NCBI GenBank assembly: GCA_963785725.1
Contig: CAWAWS010000016.1
Location: 32,001-96,000, forward strand
Direction of reading: 5' to 3'
DNA length: 64,000 nucleotides
Source of the DNA: an uncultured delta proteobacterium
Lineage (GTDB): Bacteria > Myxococcota_A > Polyangia > Palsa-1104
The first letter of the stretch is position 1. Each line of letters starts with the position of its first letter. The position numbers were made by a program, and so were the translations under genes. Below, in pieces: positions 44,613-57,850 of this stretch. The notes under the pieces are model-generated. The model had not been told where the DNA came from and made no database searches. It saw only the letters and a program-made list of their open reading frames with translations.

Positions 44613-44712
44613 GAGCCGGCGGCGAGATGAGTCCTTCAGCGCTGGACCCGCGTCAGGACGCGGCCGAGCGACGAGGGCGCACCGCTGGAGGGCTTACCGG
44701 CGCCGCCAGCTC
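44613..44712 (-). promoter_or_regulatory. Long rpsO-pnp intergenic stem-loop (candidate RNase III site)
   Basis: 12-bp outer stem GAGCTGGCGGCG/CGCCGCCGGCTC plus an imperfect 14-bp inner stem. Confidence 0.6.
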
Positions 44713-44720
44713 GGTGAGAC

Positions 44721-44987
44721 TTACTTACGGATGCCCAGGGTCGCGATCAACGAGCGATAACGCTCGAGGTGCCGGCGCTTCAAGTAATCGAGCAGACGAC
44801 GGCGCTGGCTGACCATCTTCAAGAGGCCGCGACGCGAATGGTGATCCTTCACGTGCGTCTTGAAGTGCTCGGTCAGGTAGTTGATGCGCTCCGAGAGCAG
44901 CGCGACCTGAACTTCCGGCGAGCCGGTGTCGACGTTGTGGGTCGCGAACTTGGTGATGACGTCTTTCTTACGTTGCGTAGCGAGCAT
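44721..44987 (-). CDS. rpsO: 30S ribosomal protein S15
   Basis: [25 protein letters not shown]. Confidence 0.98.
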   Translation of the reverse strand: MLATQRKKDVITKFATHNVDTGSPEVQVALLSERINYLTEHFKTHVKDHHSRRGLLKMVSQRRRLLDYLKRRHLERYRSLIATLGIRK

Positions 44988-45053
44988 GCGAAATTCCTTC
45001 TTCGTGTTCTCGGTTTTTTGAGACGTGCTTTTTGGCAAGAAACAGGCGATTTG

Positions 45054-45917
45054 TCAACAAAATACACGCGCGAGCGTCAGTCGTCCCTCGTCCACCTTGG
45101 CGACGGCGATGAGCATGCCATCAGGTCCGAGCAGACGCACGTGCTCGTGAGCGCCTTCTGGTACCACCAAAGCTTCGATGACGCGCACTTTTCCGTCACG
45201 CACGTCGCGAACTTGCTCGGCGGCGAGCTGCAACGACGCGTGATCGGCGAGCGCGTCGGCCGGGCTCATGAGCGGCATCGTCGGCGACAGCGCGTCTGGC
45301 GCGACCGCCGTCGCCAGCGTGAAGGCGCCGACGCGGGTGCGCCGGAGCGCCGTCATGTGCGCGCCAACGCCTAGCGCCGCGCCCAGATCGGCGATCAGCG
45401 AGCGAATATAGGTGCCCTTGCCGCAGCGGATGTGCAGAGCCAGCGTCGGGCTCGAAAACGCCGTCAACGTCAGTGAATGCACGATGATGGGCCGCTCGAC
45501 ACGCTCGACTTCGATGCCCTGCCGCGCCAGGTCGTAGAGCCGCTGGCCGTTGACCTTGAGCGCCGAGTGCATCGGCGGACGCTGCAGGATGGGCCCGCGG
45601 AAGGCCGCCAAGGCCGCTTCGACGTCGGCCCGGCCAATCCCCGCCGCGTCCATCTCCGACGTCACCTTGCCCTCGGCATCGAGCGTGTCGGTGGTGACGC
45701 CGAGGCGCGCTTCGGCTTCGTACTCTTTGTCGCCGCCCATCAAGAACGGCACGAGCTTGGTGGCGTCGCCGACGCAGACGGGCAGGACGCCGGTTGCCAG
45801 CGGATCGAGCGTGCCGGCGTGGCCGACGCGGCGGACGCCGAGCGCGCGACGGGTGGCGGCGACGACGTCGAACGAGGTGACGCCGCGCGGCTTGTCGACG
45901 ACGAGGACGCCGTTCAT
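45054..45917 (-). CDS. truB: tRNA pseudouridine(55) synthase
   Basis: DKPRGVTS, GHAGTLDPLATG, KGTYIRS. Confidence 0.97.
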   Translation of the reverse strand: MNGVLVVDKPRGVTSFDVVAATRRALGVRRVGHAGTLDPLATGVLPVCVGDATKLVPFLMGGDKEYEAEARLGVTTDTLDAEGKVTSEMDAAGIGRADVEAALAAFRGPILQRPPMHSALKVNGQRLYDLARQGIEVERVERPIIVHSLTLTAFSSPTLALHIRCGKGTYIRSLIADLGAALGVGAHMTALRRTRVGAFTLATAVAPDALSPTMPLMSPADALADHASLQLAAEQVRDVRDGKVRVIEALVVPEGAHEHVRLLGPDGMLIAVAKVDEGRLTLARVFC

Positions 45918-46885
45918 GCGAGCCGCGCCAGCGCGGCCAAGAGCGCCGTGCGCGCGTTCTCGACCGTGCCGGGCACGAAGCAGCCGGCGGCCGCGCGATG
46001 GCCGCCGCCGCCGAAGCTCTCGGCCACGGCACCGACGTCGACGTCGCCTTTGCTGCGTAAGCTCAAGCGGACGCCGTCGGGCTGCTCGAAGAACATGCAG
46101 CCGACTTCGACGCCTTCGAGGCCGCGCGCGTACGAGACGAGCCCTTCGGCCCACTCGGTGACGGCGCCGACCTCGGTCAGCGTCGAGCGCGCCAGCGTCA
46201 GAAACGCCGTGCGCCCGACAATCTCGAGCGTATCGAACACGCGCGCCATCAGCTTCAGGCGCGCCACGGGATGCGCCTCCTCGCTCTGCCGCGCAAAATC
46301 CCACGGCACGGCGCCCGCTTGCACGCACGCCGTCGCCAGCTGCATCGTCTCGGCGTCGGTCGACGAGTAGCGGAACCAGCCGGTGTCGGACACGAGCGAG
46401 CACCAAATGCACTCGGCAATCGGCTTCGTCAGCGGCACGCCGAGCGCCGTCAAGAGGCGCGCGACGATGACGCCGACCGCCGCCGCGTCCGGGTCGCGCA
46501 CGACGAGATCGCCGAACGGCCGGGACGCCGCGTGATGGTCGAGCACGATGAGCGGCCCGCGCACCGACGACGGCGGAAACTCCGGGCCGAGCAGGTGCGC
46601 GTCGCCGCAGTCGTGCACGATGGCGGCGTCGAACGGCCCCGCCGGCGGCGTCGTGACGACCTCGAGCGCGCCGGGCAAGAACGCGAGCCGATCGGGCGCC
46701 GGATCGCGATCGTAGATGACGACCTCTTTGCCGAGCGCCCGTAAGCCGTGCGCCGTCGCCAACATCGAGCCCAGCGCGTCGCCGTCGGGGCGCGCGTGGC
46801 CGCCGACGAGAAAGCGGCGCCCGGCGCGGATGAGCCGCACGACTTCGGCGAACGACGCGGCCAATGGCGAGGACGGCGACGTCAT
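45914..46885 (-). CDS. DHH/DHHA1 phosphoesterase (NrnA-like)
   Basis: HARPDGDALGS, LDHH, SDTG.F, GGGGHRAAAG. Confidence 0.93.
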   Translation of the reverse strand: MTSPSSPLAASFAEVVRLIRAGRRFLVGGHARPDGDALGSMLATAHGLRALGKEVVIYDRDPAPDRLAFLPGALEVVTTPPAGPFDAAIVHDCGDAHLLGPEFPPSSVRGPLIVLDHHAASRPFGDLVVRDPDAAAVGVIVARLLTALGVPLTKPIAECIWCSLVSDTGWFRYSSTDAETMQLATACVQAGAVPWDFARQSEEAHPVARLKLMARVFDTLEIVGRTAFLTLARSTLTEVGAVTEWAEGLVSYARGLEGVEVGCMFFEQPDGVRLSLRSKGDVDVGAVAESFGGGGHRAAAGCFVPGTVENARTALLAALARLA

Positions 46886-47268
46886 GAGCCCGATTTGGGC
46901 TCCGATTTGGCTTCCGACTTCGGCTCCGCGGCGATCTCTTTGAGCAGCCCGTCGACGAGCCGGGCGCGCTCGTCGGTGTCGTCGATCGAGAAGCGCACCT
47001 GCGGCGTCTTCTTCGAGTTCAACGACGCCGCCAGCTGGCGCCGCAAGAACGGCGTCGCCGACTCGAGCGCCTTCAAGACCTTGGCACGCTCTTTTTCGTC
47101 TTTCGTATCGACGAGAACCAGGATGTGCGCCGAGCCGAGATCGCCCGACAGCCGCACCTGCGTAATCGTGATGTCGACGTCGACGAGCCGCGGATCCTCG
47201 AGGTCGGGCAGGATGCCGACGAGCGCCTCGTGGATCGTGCGCGCAAAGCGCTCCGAGCGTTCTTTCAT
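46882..47268 (-). CDS. rbfA: Ribosome-binding factor A
   Basis: DPRL..ITITQV.LSGDL and P.VRF..D motifs; conserved operon position. Confidence 0.9.
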   Translation of the reverse strand: MKERSERFARTIHEALVGILPDLEDPRLVDVDITITQVRLSGDLGSAHILVLVDTKDEKERAKVLKALESATPFLRRQLAASLNSKKTPQVRFSIDDTDERARLVDGLLKEIAAEPKSEAKSEPKSGS

Positions 47269-47275
47269 GATGCGG

Positions 47276-47608
47276 TCACTTCTCGGGTTCCCAATGCGAC
47301 GGCTCGCCGCCGACCTCGTCGCCGTATGTCACGTAATCCTGCTCGTCGTCGACGATCTTGGCGACCGCGAGGTTCTCGATGAAGTCCAGAATCTTCTGCA
47401 CCATCGACTGCGTGAAGCCGTACTCGTTGCTGACGACGGCGAAGCCGATCTCGGCCGACTGCCACGCATCTTGGTCGCCCACTTCGGCGATGGCGCAGTT
47501 GAATTTGTTGGCGACTCGGTCCTTGATGCGACGGAGCACCATTCGCTTTTCCTTCAGCGAATGGCTCTCCGGCACCATGATTGTGACGCGACAAACTCCG
47601 ACGACCAT
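47276..47608 (-). CDS. DUF503 (YlxP-like) protein
   Basis: SLKEKR...IAEVG.QD.WQ; located between infB and rbfA. Confidence 0.9.
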   Translation of the reverse strand: MVVGVCRVTIMVPESHSLKEKRMVLRRIKDRVANKFNCAIAEVGDQDAWQSAEIGFAVVSNEYGFTQSMVQKILDFIENLAVAKIVDDEQDYVTYGDEVGGEPSHWEPEK

Positions 47609-47622
47609 TGATGCTCCGCGGC

Positions 47623-50439
47623 TTAATCCAGAGTGGCCGCGATCTCTTCGATTTCGTAAGCCTCGATGATGTCGCCCTCTTTGATGTCGTTGAAGCCTTC
47701 GAGCCCGATACCGCACTCGTAGCCCTGAACGACCTCGCGGACGTCATCCTTGAAGCGGCGCAGCGACGTGAGCTTGCCGATGTAGATCTGCACGGAGTCG
47801 CGCACGAGACGCATCTGCGAGTTGCGGCGGATGAGCCCCTCGGTCACGAACGAGCCGGCGATGGTGCCGAGCTTCGGGATGGTGAAGGTCATGCGGACCT
47901 CCGCCTTGCCGAGCGGCTTCTCGCGCTTGACCGGCGCCAGCAGGCCGGCCATCGCCTTCTTCACGTCGTCGAGCGCCTCGTAGATGATGTCGTAGAGCTT
48001 GATGTCGACACCCTCTTGCTCGGCGAGCTGCTGCGCCTTGCCCGCCGGACGCACGTGGAAGCCGACGATGATGGCGTTACCCGCGCGCGCCAGGTTGACG
48101 TCGGACTCGGTGATGCCGCCGACGCCGGCCGAGATGACGTCGACCTTGACCTGCGACGTCGCCAAGTTGATGAGCGAGCTCTTGAGCGCCTCGGTCGAGC
48201 CCTGCACGTCGGCCTTGAGGACGACCTTGAGCTCCTTGACCGCGCCCTCTTTGATGCGCTCGAGGATGTTCTCGAGCGACACCTTGGTGTTGGAGCCGAG
48301 CTCCTTCTTGCGGCGCGCATCGCGACGGTGATCGACGAGCTCTTTGGCCTGCTTCTCGTCGGCGACCGCGTTCAGGATCTCGCCGGCTTCGGGCACGCCC
48401 GACAGGCCGAGCACTTCGACCGGCGTCGACGGACCGACGTCGCCGAGCGTGCGCCCCTTGTCGTCGAGCATCGCGCGAACCTTGCCGATGAACTCGCCGG
48501 CGACGACGGTGTCGCCGATGTGCAGCGTGCCGTCCTGCACGAGCACCGTCGCCATCGGGCCGCGGTTGCGGTCGAGCTTGGCTTCGATGACCGTACCGCG
48601 CGCCGCCTTGTTCGGGTTGGCGCGCAGCTCGAGCAGCTCCGCCTGCAAGCTGATCATCTGCAACAGCTGCTCGATGCCGACCTTGGTGCGCGCCGAGACG
48701 TCGACGTAGATCGTCTCGCCGCCCCACGACTCGGGCAACAGGCCGTGATCCGACAGCTGCTGGCGAACCCGGTCCGGCGTCGCGCCGACTTTGTCGATCT
48801 TGTTGACCGCGACGATGATCGGCACTTCGGCGTTCTTGGCGTGGTTGAGCGCCTCGATCGTCGTCTGCATCACGCCGTCGTCGGCCGCGACCACCAGGAT
48901 GACGATGTCGGTCGCCTGGGCGCCGCGTGCACGCATGGCCGTGAAGGCTTCGTGGCCCGGCGTGTCGAGGAAGACGATCTCTTTGCCGTCGGGCGCCGTG
49001 ATCTTGTAGGCGCCGATGTGCTGGGTGATGCCGCCCGACTCGCCGGCCGCGACGTTGGCGTCGCGAATGGCGTCGAGGAGCGACGTCTTGCCGTGATCGA
49101 CGTGGCCCATGATGGTGACGACGGGCGCGCGCGGGACGAGATCTTCCTCGTTGTCCTCGCCGGTGACGAAGACGTCCGCCTCTTGGAAGGCCACGTTCTC
49201 GATCTCGAAGCCGAACTCGCCGGCCAAGAGAACGGCCGTGTCGTGGTCGATCGAGTTGTTGAGCATGATGCCGGTCATGCCCATGCTCCACAGCTTCTTG
49301 AGCACGTCCGGCGCCTTGACGCCCATGCCCTTGGCGATTTCGCCGACGGCGATGGTGTCGTCCATCTTGATGACGCGCTTGTGGGCGGCCGGCGTCGTGA
49401 TCTGCGTCTGCTTCTGCTTCTTGCCGATCTGCGGCTTCTTCTTGCCCTGCTGCTGACGGCCGAAGCGGTCGCGCTGACCGCCCGGCGCATCGCGGCGCTG
49501 ACCCGGCATCGGCCGCGTGTCGCGGGCAAACCGATCGCTCGGCGTCGCCTGACGAATCTCGATGCGCGGCAGCGGCAGCTCGATCACGCGGCCCGTCGGT
49601 CCGAGGCGCACCGGCTCCGGCTTCTTCGGCTCCGACGAGACTTCGCTGCCGTTGGTCGGCGAGGCGGTGGCCGACGGCGGCGGCGCTTGCGGAGCCGGCG
49701 GCGGGGTCATACGCACTTCGACGCGCGGCGTCTCGATGACACGCTCGCGCCCGCCGAGCGGACGCTCGGTCGTGCGGATCGTGACCACCGGCGCCTGCGG
49801 ACGCGGCGGCTGCTCGACGCGCTCGATGCGCTCGGGCTGCCGCTCGACACGCTCGGGCGCGCGCGGCGGCTCCGGCCGCACTTCGATTCTACGCGGCTCA
49901 CTCCGCGTCTCCCCCGTCGGCTCCAACGCATTCTCCTGCGTCGCGTGCGAGATCTTTTCGACGACCTCGTGCGCGACTTCCTGCACTTTGTGCACAACGT
50001 CGCTGACGACCTCTTTGGCTCGCGCCACAATCGTCGGCTGTTCTTCTTCGCGCGGCTGGCGCGGCGACGGCGTCGGCTCGCGGCGAGCCTCTTCGCGTAG
50101 CTCGCGCGGCGGCGCCGGTCGGCGCACGACCGCCGGCGGCGGCTCGGGCGGCGGCGCCGCCTGCCGGATTGGCTGACCATCCTTGCTACGTCGACGGATG
50201 ACGGTCGAGCTCAGCCGCTCCTCGACGAGGTTGGCCTGCCGCTCCTTATCGAGCGCACGCTTGACTCGGGCGACGTCGTCGGGGTCGAGGTTCGACATGT
50301 GGTTCTTCACCTCGATGCCGAGCGCGCGCACCTTCGCCACCAAATCCTTATTGGCGAGGCCAAGATCCTTAGCCACCTCATAGAGGCGCACTTTGCCTGC
50401 CTGATCCGCCGGAGTGTGACCTGTGCCGCCGCTGTTCAT
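47623..50439 (-). CDS. infB: Translation initiation factor IF-2
   Basis: [30 protein letters not shown]; long Pro/Arg/Glu-rich N-terminus. Confidence 0.98.
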   Translation of the reverse strand: MNSGGTGHTPADQAGKVRLYEVAKDLGLANKDLVAKVRALGIEVKNHMSNLDPDDVARVKRALDKERQANLVEERLSSTVIRRRSKDGQPIRQAAPPPEPPPAVVRRPAPPRELREEARREPTPSPRQPREEEQPTIVARAKEVVSDVVHKVQEVAHEVVEKISHATQENALEPTGETRSEPRRIEVRPEPPRAPERVERQPERIERVEQPPRPQAPVVTIRTTERPLGGRERVIETPRVEVRMTPPPAPQAPPPSATASPTNGSEVSSEPKKPEPVRLGPTGRVIELPLPRIEIRQATPSDRFARDTRPMPGQRRDAPGGQRDRFGRQQQGKKKPQIGKKQKQTQITTPAAHKRVIKMDDTIAVGEIAKGMGVKAPDVLKKLWSMGMTGIMLNNSIDHDTAVLLAGEFGFEIENVAFQEADVFVTGEDNEEDLVPRAPVVTIMGHVDHGKTSLLDAIRDANVAAGESGGITQHIGAYKITAPDGKEIVFLDTPGHEAFTAMRARGAQATDIVILVVAADDGVMQTTIEALNHAKNAEVPIIVAVNKIDKVGATPDRVRQQLSDHGLLPESWGGETIYVDVSARTKVGIEQLLQMISLQAELLELRANPNKAARGTVIEAKLDRNRGPMATVLVQDGTLHIGDTVVAGEFIGKVRAMLDDKGRTLGDVGPSTPVEVLGLSGVPEAGEILNAVADEKQAKELVDHRRDARRKKELGSNTKVSLENILERIKEGAVKELKVVLKADVQGSTEALKSSLINLATSQVKVDVISAGVGGITESDVNLARAGNAIIVGFHVRPAGKAQQLAEQEGVDIKLYDIIYEALDDVKKAMAGLLAPVKREKPLGKAEVRMTFTIPKLGTIAGSFVTEGLIRRNSQMRLVRDSVQIYIGKLTSLRRFKDDVREVVQGYECGIGLEGFNDIKEGDIIEAYEIEEIAATLD

Positions 50440-50696
50440 GCTCTCAATCCCTTATCCTCGACCAATTGCCACAGCCGTTCTGCGTCGAGCGGTTGGGTTC
50501 GTCTGCGAAACGATCTGGAAAACCCGCCGCGCACCGCGGCTTCAACACACTTCCGAGACCGATGAACATAAGCTCCTCGGCCCGACTGCGCTCGGTCTTC
50601 GTCGATCTTGATTCTGCCGCTCGGCTCCGCCACCCAGCGCAACAGCTTTGCCTGTTCATCGGTCTTCTGGCAACCGACACAGGTGCGCGTGGGCAT
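50436..50696 (-). CDS. YlxR/DUF448 family protein
   Basis: [14 protein letters not shown]...C. Confidence 0.92.
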   Translation of the reverse strand: MPTRTCVGCQKTDEQAKLLRWVAEPSGRIKIDEDRAQSGRGAYVHRSRKCVEAAVRGGFSRSFRRRTQPLDAERLWQLVEDKGLRA

Positions 50697-50729
50697 TGTC
50701 GTCGAACGTCCGTCCGCTTCCTCCGCCTC

Positions 50730-52151
<1,422 letters not shown>

Positions 52152-52166
52152 TTTCGTCCCTTTTCC

Positions 52167-52628
52167 CTAGAACTCGTAAACCAGATTCGCTTTTTCCACG
52201 TCATCGACGGGAACCTCGCAGACCTGGTCACCGACGTCGATCTTGACCTTGCCAGCCTCGACGGCGACCAGCGTCCCCGAGAAGTTGCGTCGCGTATCGC
52301 CCACCGGACGGCGGGTTCGAATCTTGGCCTTCTTACCGATGAAGCGCTCGAAATCTGCTGCTTTTTTCAACGGTCGATTGAGCCCGGGCGACGAAACTTC
52401 GAGGCTGTAGGCGACGGGGATGGTGTCTTCGACATCCAACACCGCAGAGAGCTCACGGCTGACATTGGCACAGTCGTCGAGGCCCACGGCGGAAGAAGGT
52501 TTGTCGATGAAGACGCGCAAGATCCAGCCCGACTCGTTCTTCCACTCGACGTCGACAAGCTCGTAGCCCTGACCCGTAATCACGGGCTCGATGACTCGGC
52601 TGAGCTTGTCCACGTCCACCGGTTTCAT
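52167..52628 (-). CDS. rimP: Ribosome maturation factor RimP
   Basis: [25 protein letters not shown]. Confidence 0.96.
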   Translation of the reverse strand: MKPVDVDKLSRVIEPVITGQGYELVDVEWKNESGWILRVFIDKPSSAVGLDDCANVSRELSAVLDVEDTIPVAYSLEVSSPGLNRPLKKAADFERFIGKKAKIRTRRPVGDTRRNFSGTLVAVEAGKVKIDVGDQVCEVPVDDVEKANLVYEF

Positions 52629-52643
52629 TCCGTTGAGAACCCC

Positions 52644-52677
52644 AAAATTAAAAAAGTGGGCCGCGAAGCCCACTTTT
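52644..52677 (-). terminator. rimP-leader terminator/attenuator hairpin
   Basis: AAAAGTGGGC-TTCGCG-GCCCACTTTT-TTAATTTT ending about 15 nt upstream of the rimP start. Confidence 0.8.
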
Positions 52678-52754
52678 GGTCATTCACCAAAAATGTAGAG
52701 GGGTCCTACCATGATGGGTAAACACAGGCAAGGTTTTTATGGTAACAGGCGGGC

Positions 52755-53615
52755 ATGCGCATGCTGGCCGCAGTAGCCCAGATGACGTCGGGGAGCGACT
52801 TGCGCGCGAACCTGACGAAGGCGCGGGAGCTCATCGCGGATGCGGCGCGACGCGGGGCCGAGCTGGTCGTCCTGCCCGAGAACTTCGCGCTCATGGGCGA
52901 AGCCGAGCAGGACAAGTTCGCGGTCGCCGAGCCGGTGCCGGGCGAAGGTGCCATTTTGACGGCCATGCGGCAAGCGGCGCGTGATCATAAAGTGGCGCTG
53001 GTGCTCGGCGGCATGCCGGAGGCCATCCTTGCGCCCGAAGGGCGCGGTCTCGCCGCGGGGAGCGGCGAGGCGACGACCGCGACGCACGTCTTCAACACGT
53101 CGGTCTACGTCGACGCGAACGGCGAGCTGCGCGGGATCTATCGCAAGATCCACCTGTTCGACGTGGCGATTCCCGATGGCGCGACCTATCGCGAGTCGGC
53201 TTCGGTGGCGCCGGGGCATGACGTCATCGCGGTCGAGACGCCGTGGGGTCGGCTCGGCATGACCATCTGTTACGACGTGCGCTTCCCCGAGCTGTACCGC
53301 GCGCTGTCGAACGCGGGGACGCGGATGGTGACGGTGCCGGCGGCGTTCACGCTGCACACCGGGCGCGCGCATTGGCATCCGCTCTTGCGGGCGCGGGCGA
53401 TCGAGAACCTCTCGTTCGTGCTGGCGGCGGCTCAGTTCGGTCGGCACAACAGCGGCAAGCGCGTGACGTTCGGCCACGCCTGCATCATCGATCCGTGGGG
53501 TCAGGTGTTGGCGGAGGTGGGTGACCGCGAGGGCGTCGCCGTGGCCGAGCTCGACTTCGACTACCAAGATCGGCTGCGCGCCGAGCTACCCGCGCTCGGC
53601 CATCGCCGTCTCTAG
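52755..53615 (+). CDS. Carbon-nitrogen hydrolase (Nit1-like / deaminated glutathione amidase family)
   Basis: LPEN, YRKIHLFD, ICYD.RFPE catalytic triad; LRARAIEN. Confidence 0.93.
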   Translation: MRMLAAVAQMTSGSDLRANLTKARELIADAARRGAELVVLPENFALMGEAEQDKFAVAEPVPGEGAILTAMRQAARDHKVALVLGGMPEAILAPEGRGLAAGSGEATTATHVFNTSVYVDANGELRGIYRKIHLFDVAIPDGATYRESASVAPGHDVIAVETPWGRLGMTICYDVRFPELYRALSNAGTRMVTVPAAFTLHTGRAHWHPLLRARAIENLSFVLAAAQFGRHNSGKRVTFGHACIIDPWGQVLAEVGDREGVAVAELDFDYQDRLRAELPALGHRRL

Positions 53616-53670
53616 TATTCCGCCCGAGCCAGGCCCTTTCGGGCCCGCAGCAGGCTTGCCGACGGGAGAG

Positions 53671-54093
53671 CTAGTTGGTTTTGACTTCGCGGTAGGCGCG
53701 GCCGGCGAGGATGACGTGGCGGCGGGCGTGCGAGCCGTCGCGCGGCGGGTCGATGACGTCGAGCGCGACGACGTTGGCGCCGAGCGCCGCCGCTTGCCGC
53801 TGCAAGGCTTCGTCGGCTTTGACGGCGTCGGCGACGATGTCGCTCGAGGTCGACGTCGCTTCGACGCGGCCGACGAACTTGTACCGATTGGCCGTTGGAC
53901 GCTTCGCCAGGATCTTGACCGACGAGCCACCGAGCAGCGGCGCCTTCGTCGACGCGGCCGCGGTGGCCGTCGCCGGCGAGTCGTCGGCTTCGGACGGCCG
54001 AGCGCGGCGGGCCGCGGCGTCATGCTTCGTCGAGCTCGTGGCGCAGCCGACCAAAGAAGCGCCAACCGCAACCGTCATTAACCAGGTTCGCAT
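53671..54093 (-). CDS. Lipoprotein with YbjQ-like C-terminus
   Basis: Lipobox LVGC; LQRQAAALGANVV..L.GRAY. Confidence 0.7.
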   Translation of the reverse strand: MRTWLMTVAVGASLVGCATSSTKHDAAARRARPSEADDSPATATAAASTKAPLLGGSSVKILAKRPTANRYKFVGRVEATSTSSDIVADAVKADEALQRQAAALGANVVALDVIDPPRDGSHARRHVILAGRAYREVKTN

Positions 54094-54215
54094 GTGGCAG
54101 CTTATGCCACAGGTAGCGTAATTACGGCAAGGGGGGCCCCGCCCAATCGGACATCTGTTGGAAACTTACGCGAAAACGTTACGGGGGATCTTGCGGAAGA
54201 ATGAAGCGATCGGGC

Positions 54216-55380
54216 TTAGGCGCGCTCGATGACGGCTGCGGCGCCCATGCCGCCGCCGATGCACATGCTGACGATGCCGTAGCGGCCTTTGCGGCGCTGT
54301 AGCTCGTGCAGGATGGTCAGCGTCAAGCGCGCGCCCGAGACGCCGAGCGGATGGCCGAGCGCGATGGCGCCGCCGTTGACGTTGAGCTTCTCGGGATCGA
54401 CGCCGAGCTCGCGCGCGCAGTAGAGCGCCTGCGCCGCGAAGGCCTCGTTGAGCTCGAAGAGATCGATGTCTTCGATCTTCAGCCCCGCGAGCTTGAGCAC
54501 CTTGCGCACCGCCGGAACCGGGCCGATGCCCATGATCTCGGGCGGCACGCCGGCGACGGCGAACGCGCGGAAGAAGCCGAGCGGCTGGATGCCGAGCGCC
54601 TTGGCGCGCTCGCCCGAGGTCAGCACGAGCGCCGCGGCGCCGTCGGTGAGCGGCGACGAGTTGCCGGCCGTGACCGAGCCCGTCGGGATCGAACGCCGGC
54701 TTGAGCGTCGACAGCTTCTCGAGCGTCGTGTCGGCGCGCGGATATTCGTCCTTGGAGACGGTGATCTCTTGGACGTTGTCCTCGCCTTCGTAGATCGACG
54801 TCTTGACCGCGAGGATCTCGGCGTCGAGCTTGCCCGACGCTTGCGCGGCCAACGCCCGCTGATGCGAGCGCAGCGCGAACTCGTCCTGATCCTTGCGCGA
54901 CACGCCGAACTGGCGCGCGATGTTCTCCGCCGTCACGCCCATCGGCGTGTAGACGGCGGGGATGCGCTCGACGACGTCGGGGTTCATCGAGGGCTTGTTG
55001 CCGCCCATCGGAATCATCGACATCGTCTCCACGCCGCCGGCGACGCCGACTTCGTAGGCGCCCATCGCGATGCGGTCGGCGATCTGCGAGATCGACTGCA
55101 CGCCCGAGGCGCAGAAGCGGTTGACGGTGAGGCCGGGCACGTCGACCGGCAAGCCGGCCGCGAGCGCGGCGATGCGGGCGACGTTCATGCCCTGCTCGGC
55201 CTCGGGCATGGCGCAGCCGAGGATGACGTCGCCGATCTCGCCGGGCTCGACTTTGCCGCGCTTGACGGCCTCGGCGATGACGACGGCGGCCAACGTGTCG
55301 GGGCGCGTGTCCTTGAAGCCGCCCTTGTTGGCGCGGGCGAAGGGCGTCCGAACTCCTGAAACAATCGCTACGTCTTTCAT
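54216..55380 (-). CDS. fadA: Acetyl-CoA C-acyltransferase (thiolase), +1 frameshift near 54684
   Basis: TVNRFCASG in the first frame; [16 protein letters not shown] and SMCIGGG in the second. Confidence 0.92.
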
Positions 55381-55396
55381 GGCTCGTTCCGCCTTT

Positions 55397-57736
55397 CTAG
55401 TTCCGGAGAGGCTTGTTGTTCATGAGCATGTACTGCATGCGCTCGCGCGTCTTCTCGGTGCCGCACAGCGAGAGGAAGGCCTCGCGCTCGAGGTCGAGGA
55501 CGTGCTGCTCGTGCACGCGCACCGTCGGCGCCGTCTTGCCGCCGGTGAGCACCCAGGCCAATTTGGAGCCGACGAGGACGTCGTGCTCGCTGATCTGGTG
55601 CGCTTCTTTCATCATCTGCAAGGTCGAGCGCAAGGTCGCGTAGCCCGAGGTTCCCGGCAGGCGGAACGTGCGCGGCCGCGCCGGCCGATAGCCCGCGCGC
55701 GCCAGACCGAGCGCCGTCTGCTTGGCGTCGTGGATCAGGAAGTCGCGGTTGAGCGTCACGCCGTCCGACGGCGCGCAGCATGCCCATCGCGCGCGCCTCT
55801 TCGGCCGACATCGAGACCTTGCCGAGCGCGATCTGCATGAAGATCTTCTTCACGTAGCCGAACGGATCCATGTCGTCGGGGATGTCGCCGAGATGGCGCG
55901 CCAAGCAGCTCCTTGCAGCCGCCGCCGGCCGGAATGAGGCCGACGCCCGCTTCGACGAGGCCCATGTAGAGCTCGGCGTTGGCGCGCGCCACGGCGCCGT
56001 GCATGGCGATCTCGGCGCCGCCGCCGAGCGCCAGGCCGAACGGCGCCGTCACCGTCGGCACCGAGGCGTAGCGCAGCCGCTGCATCGACTGCTGCAGGCC
56101 GTGCACCATGTCCTCGATCGCCTTCCAGTTGCCCTGCCCCGCCGCCATCGACGACGAGGAAGATGTTGGCGCCGGCCGAGAAGGCCATCGGGTCGTGGTT
56201 GCCGACGACGAGGCCGTCGAACTGCTCCTCGGCGATGTCGATGCTCTTGTTGAACGCGGCGACGACGTCGGCGTCGATGGCGTTCATCTTGGTGTGCAGC
56301 TCGAGGCCGGCGATGCGGTCGCCCAAGTCGTAGAGCGTCGCGCCGTCGTTCTCGAACACGACGCCGCCCTTCTTGCGCACGGCCGGCAGCTGGATCTCGC
56401 GCGCCGGAACCGGAATCGGCTTCGACGACTTGGACGTGACGTCCCAGTAAGTGCCGTCGACGAAGAAGCTCGCGCGACCGGCCTTGACCATGTCGTTGAC
56501 CCACGCCGCGGGCTTGATGCCGAGCTTCTGCATCTCGTCGAAGCCCTTCTGCACGCCGACGGCGTCCCAGGTCTCGAACGGGCCGACGTCCCAGCCGAAG
56601 CCCCAGCGCATGCCGCGATCGATGTTGACGATGTCGTCGGCGATCTCGCCGACGCGGTGCGACGCGTACGCCAGCGTGGCGTAGGTGACCTTGCGCGCCA
56701 GCTCGGCCGCGCGGTCGTCGCCGGCGAGCAACGTGCGGATGCGATCGCCGACCGCGCCCGCCTTCTTGGCCGCGCCCACCGACGCGAAGCGCGGCTTCTG
56801 CTGCGCGCGGTACTGCAGCGTCTTCCAGTCGAGCGCGACGATGCCGGCCGGCGTCTTCTTCATGAAGCCGCCGCCGGTCTTGTCGCCGAGCATCTTGCGC
56901 TCGACCATCTGCTCGAGGATCGCCGGGACCTTGAAGTCCTCGCGGCGCTCGTCCTTGGTCAGGCTGTCGTAGCAGTTCTGCGCGACGTGGATGATCGTGT
57001 CGAGACCGACGATGTCGGCGGTGCGGAAGACGGCGGACTTCGGACGACCGAGCGGCGTGCCGAAGATCGCGTCGACCTCTTCGATCGTGTAGCCCTCGTC
57101 GATGGCGATCTTGATGAGGTGCATCATCGCGAACACGCCGATGCGGTTGGCGACGAAGTTGGGCGTGTCCTTGCCGAAGACGATGCCCTTGCCGAGCGTC
57201 GTCTCGCCGAAGCTGACCACCTTGGCGACGACGGCCGGATCGGCGTCGGGGCTGGAGATGATCTCGAGCAGCTTCATGTAGCGCACGGGGTTGAAGAAGT
57301 GCATGACCAAAAAGTGCTTCTTGAACGACGCCGAGCGCCCTTCGGTCATCTGCGCGATCGGCAGGCCCGAGGTGTTCGACGCCACGATCGTGTGCGCGTC
57401 GAGCAGCGGCTCGAGCTTGGCGAAGAGCGCCTTTTTGACGGCGAGATCTTCTTTGACGACCTCGATGACGAGATCACATCGCCCGGCTTTGTCGAGATCG
57501 TCCTCGAGGTTGCCGACGGTGATGAGATCGGCGTCGCGCGTCGTGAAGAACGCGGCCGGCTTCGACTTGAGCGCCTTGTCCTTGCCGCCCTGCGAAAACG
57601 CGTTGCGACCGCCCTTGCCGTCGGGAGGCACGATGTCGAGCAGAAGCACCTGGATGCCGGCGCCGGCGAGGTGCGCGGCGATGCCGGAGCCCATGACGCC
57701 CGCGCCCAGGACTGCGACCTTCTTGAACTCTGCCAT
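55397..57736 (-). CDS. fadN: 3-hydroxyacyl-CoA dehydrogenase/enoyl-CoA hydratase (FadN-type), three +1 frameshifts near 56149, 55902 and 55769
   Basis: GAGVMG, SNTSG, HFFNP.RY; later frames give ALGGGAE, GLVEAGVGLIPAGGG and KPLRN*. Confidence 0.9.
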
Positions 57737-57850
57737 GTTGGTTTTGTCCTCTTACCGTCTCGTTCTTCTTGGGGAGCCGCGACTCTTCGAAAGTGCGCGC
57801 TCCAGTTTGCCACCGATTGTGCGGCGCGCGAACGGCGGTTGGTCGCGTGA

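Noticed and set aside
46885..46925. Short repeats at the rbfA 3' end (EPKSEAKSEPKS)
   Set aside because: Ordinary low-complexity protein tail.
54216..57736. Programmed ribosomal frameshifting in fadN/fadA
   Set aside because: No slippery heptamers, and several same-direction insertions per gene fit consensus error better.
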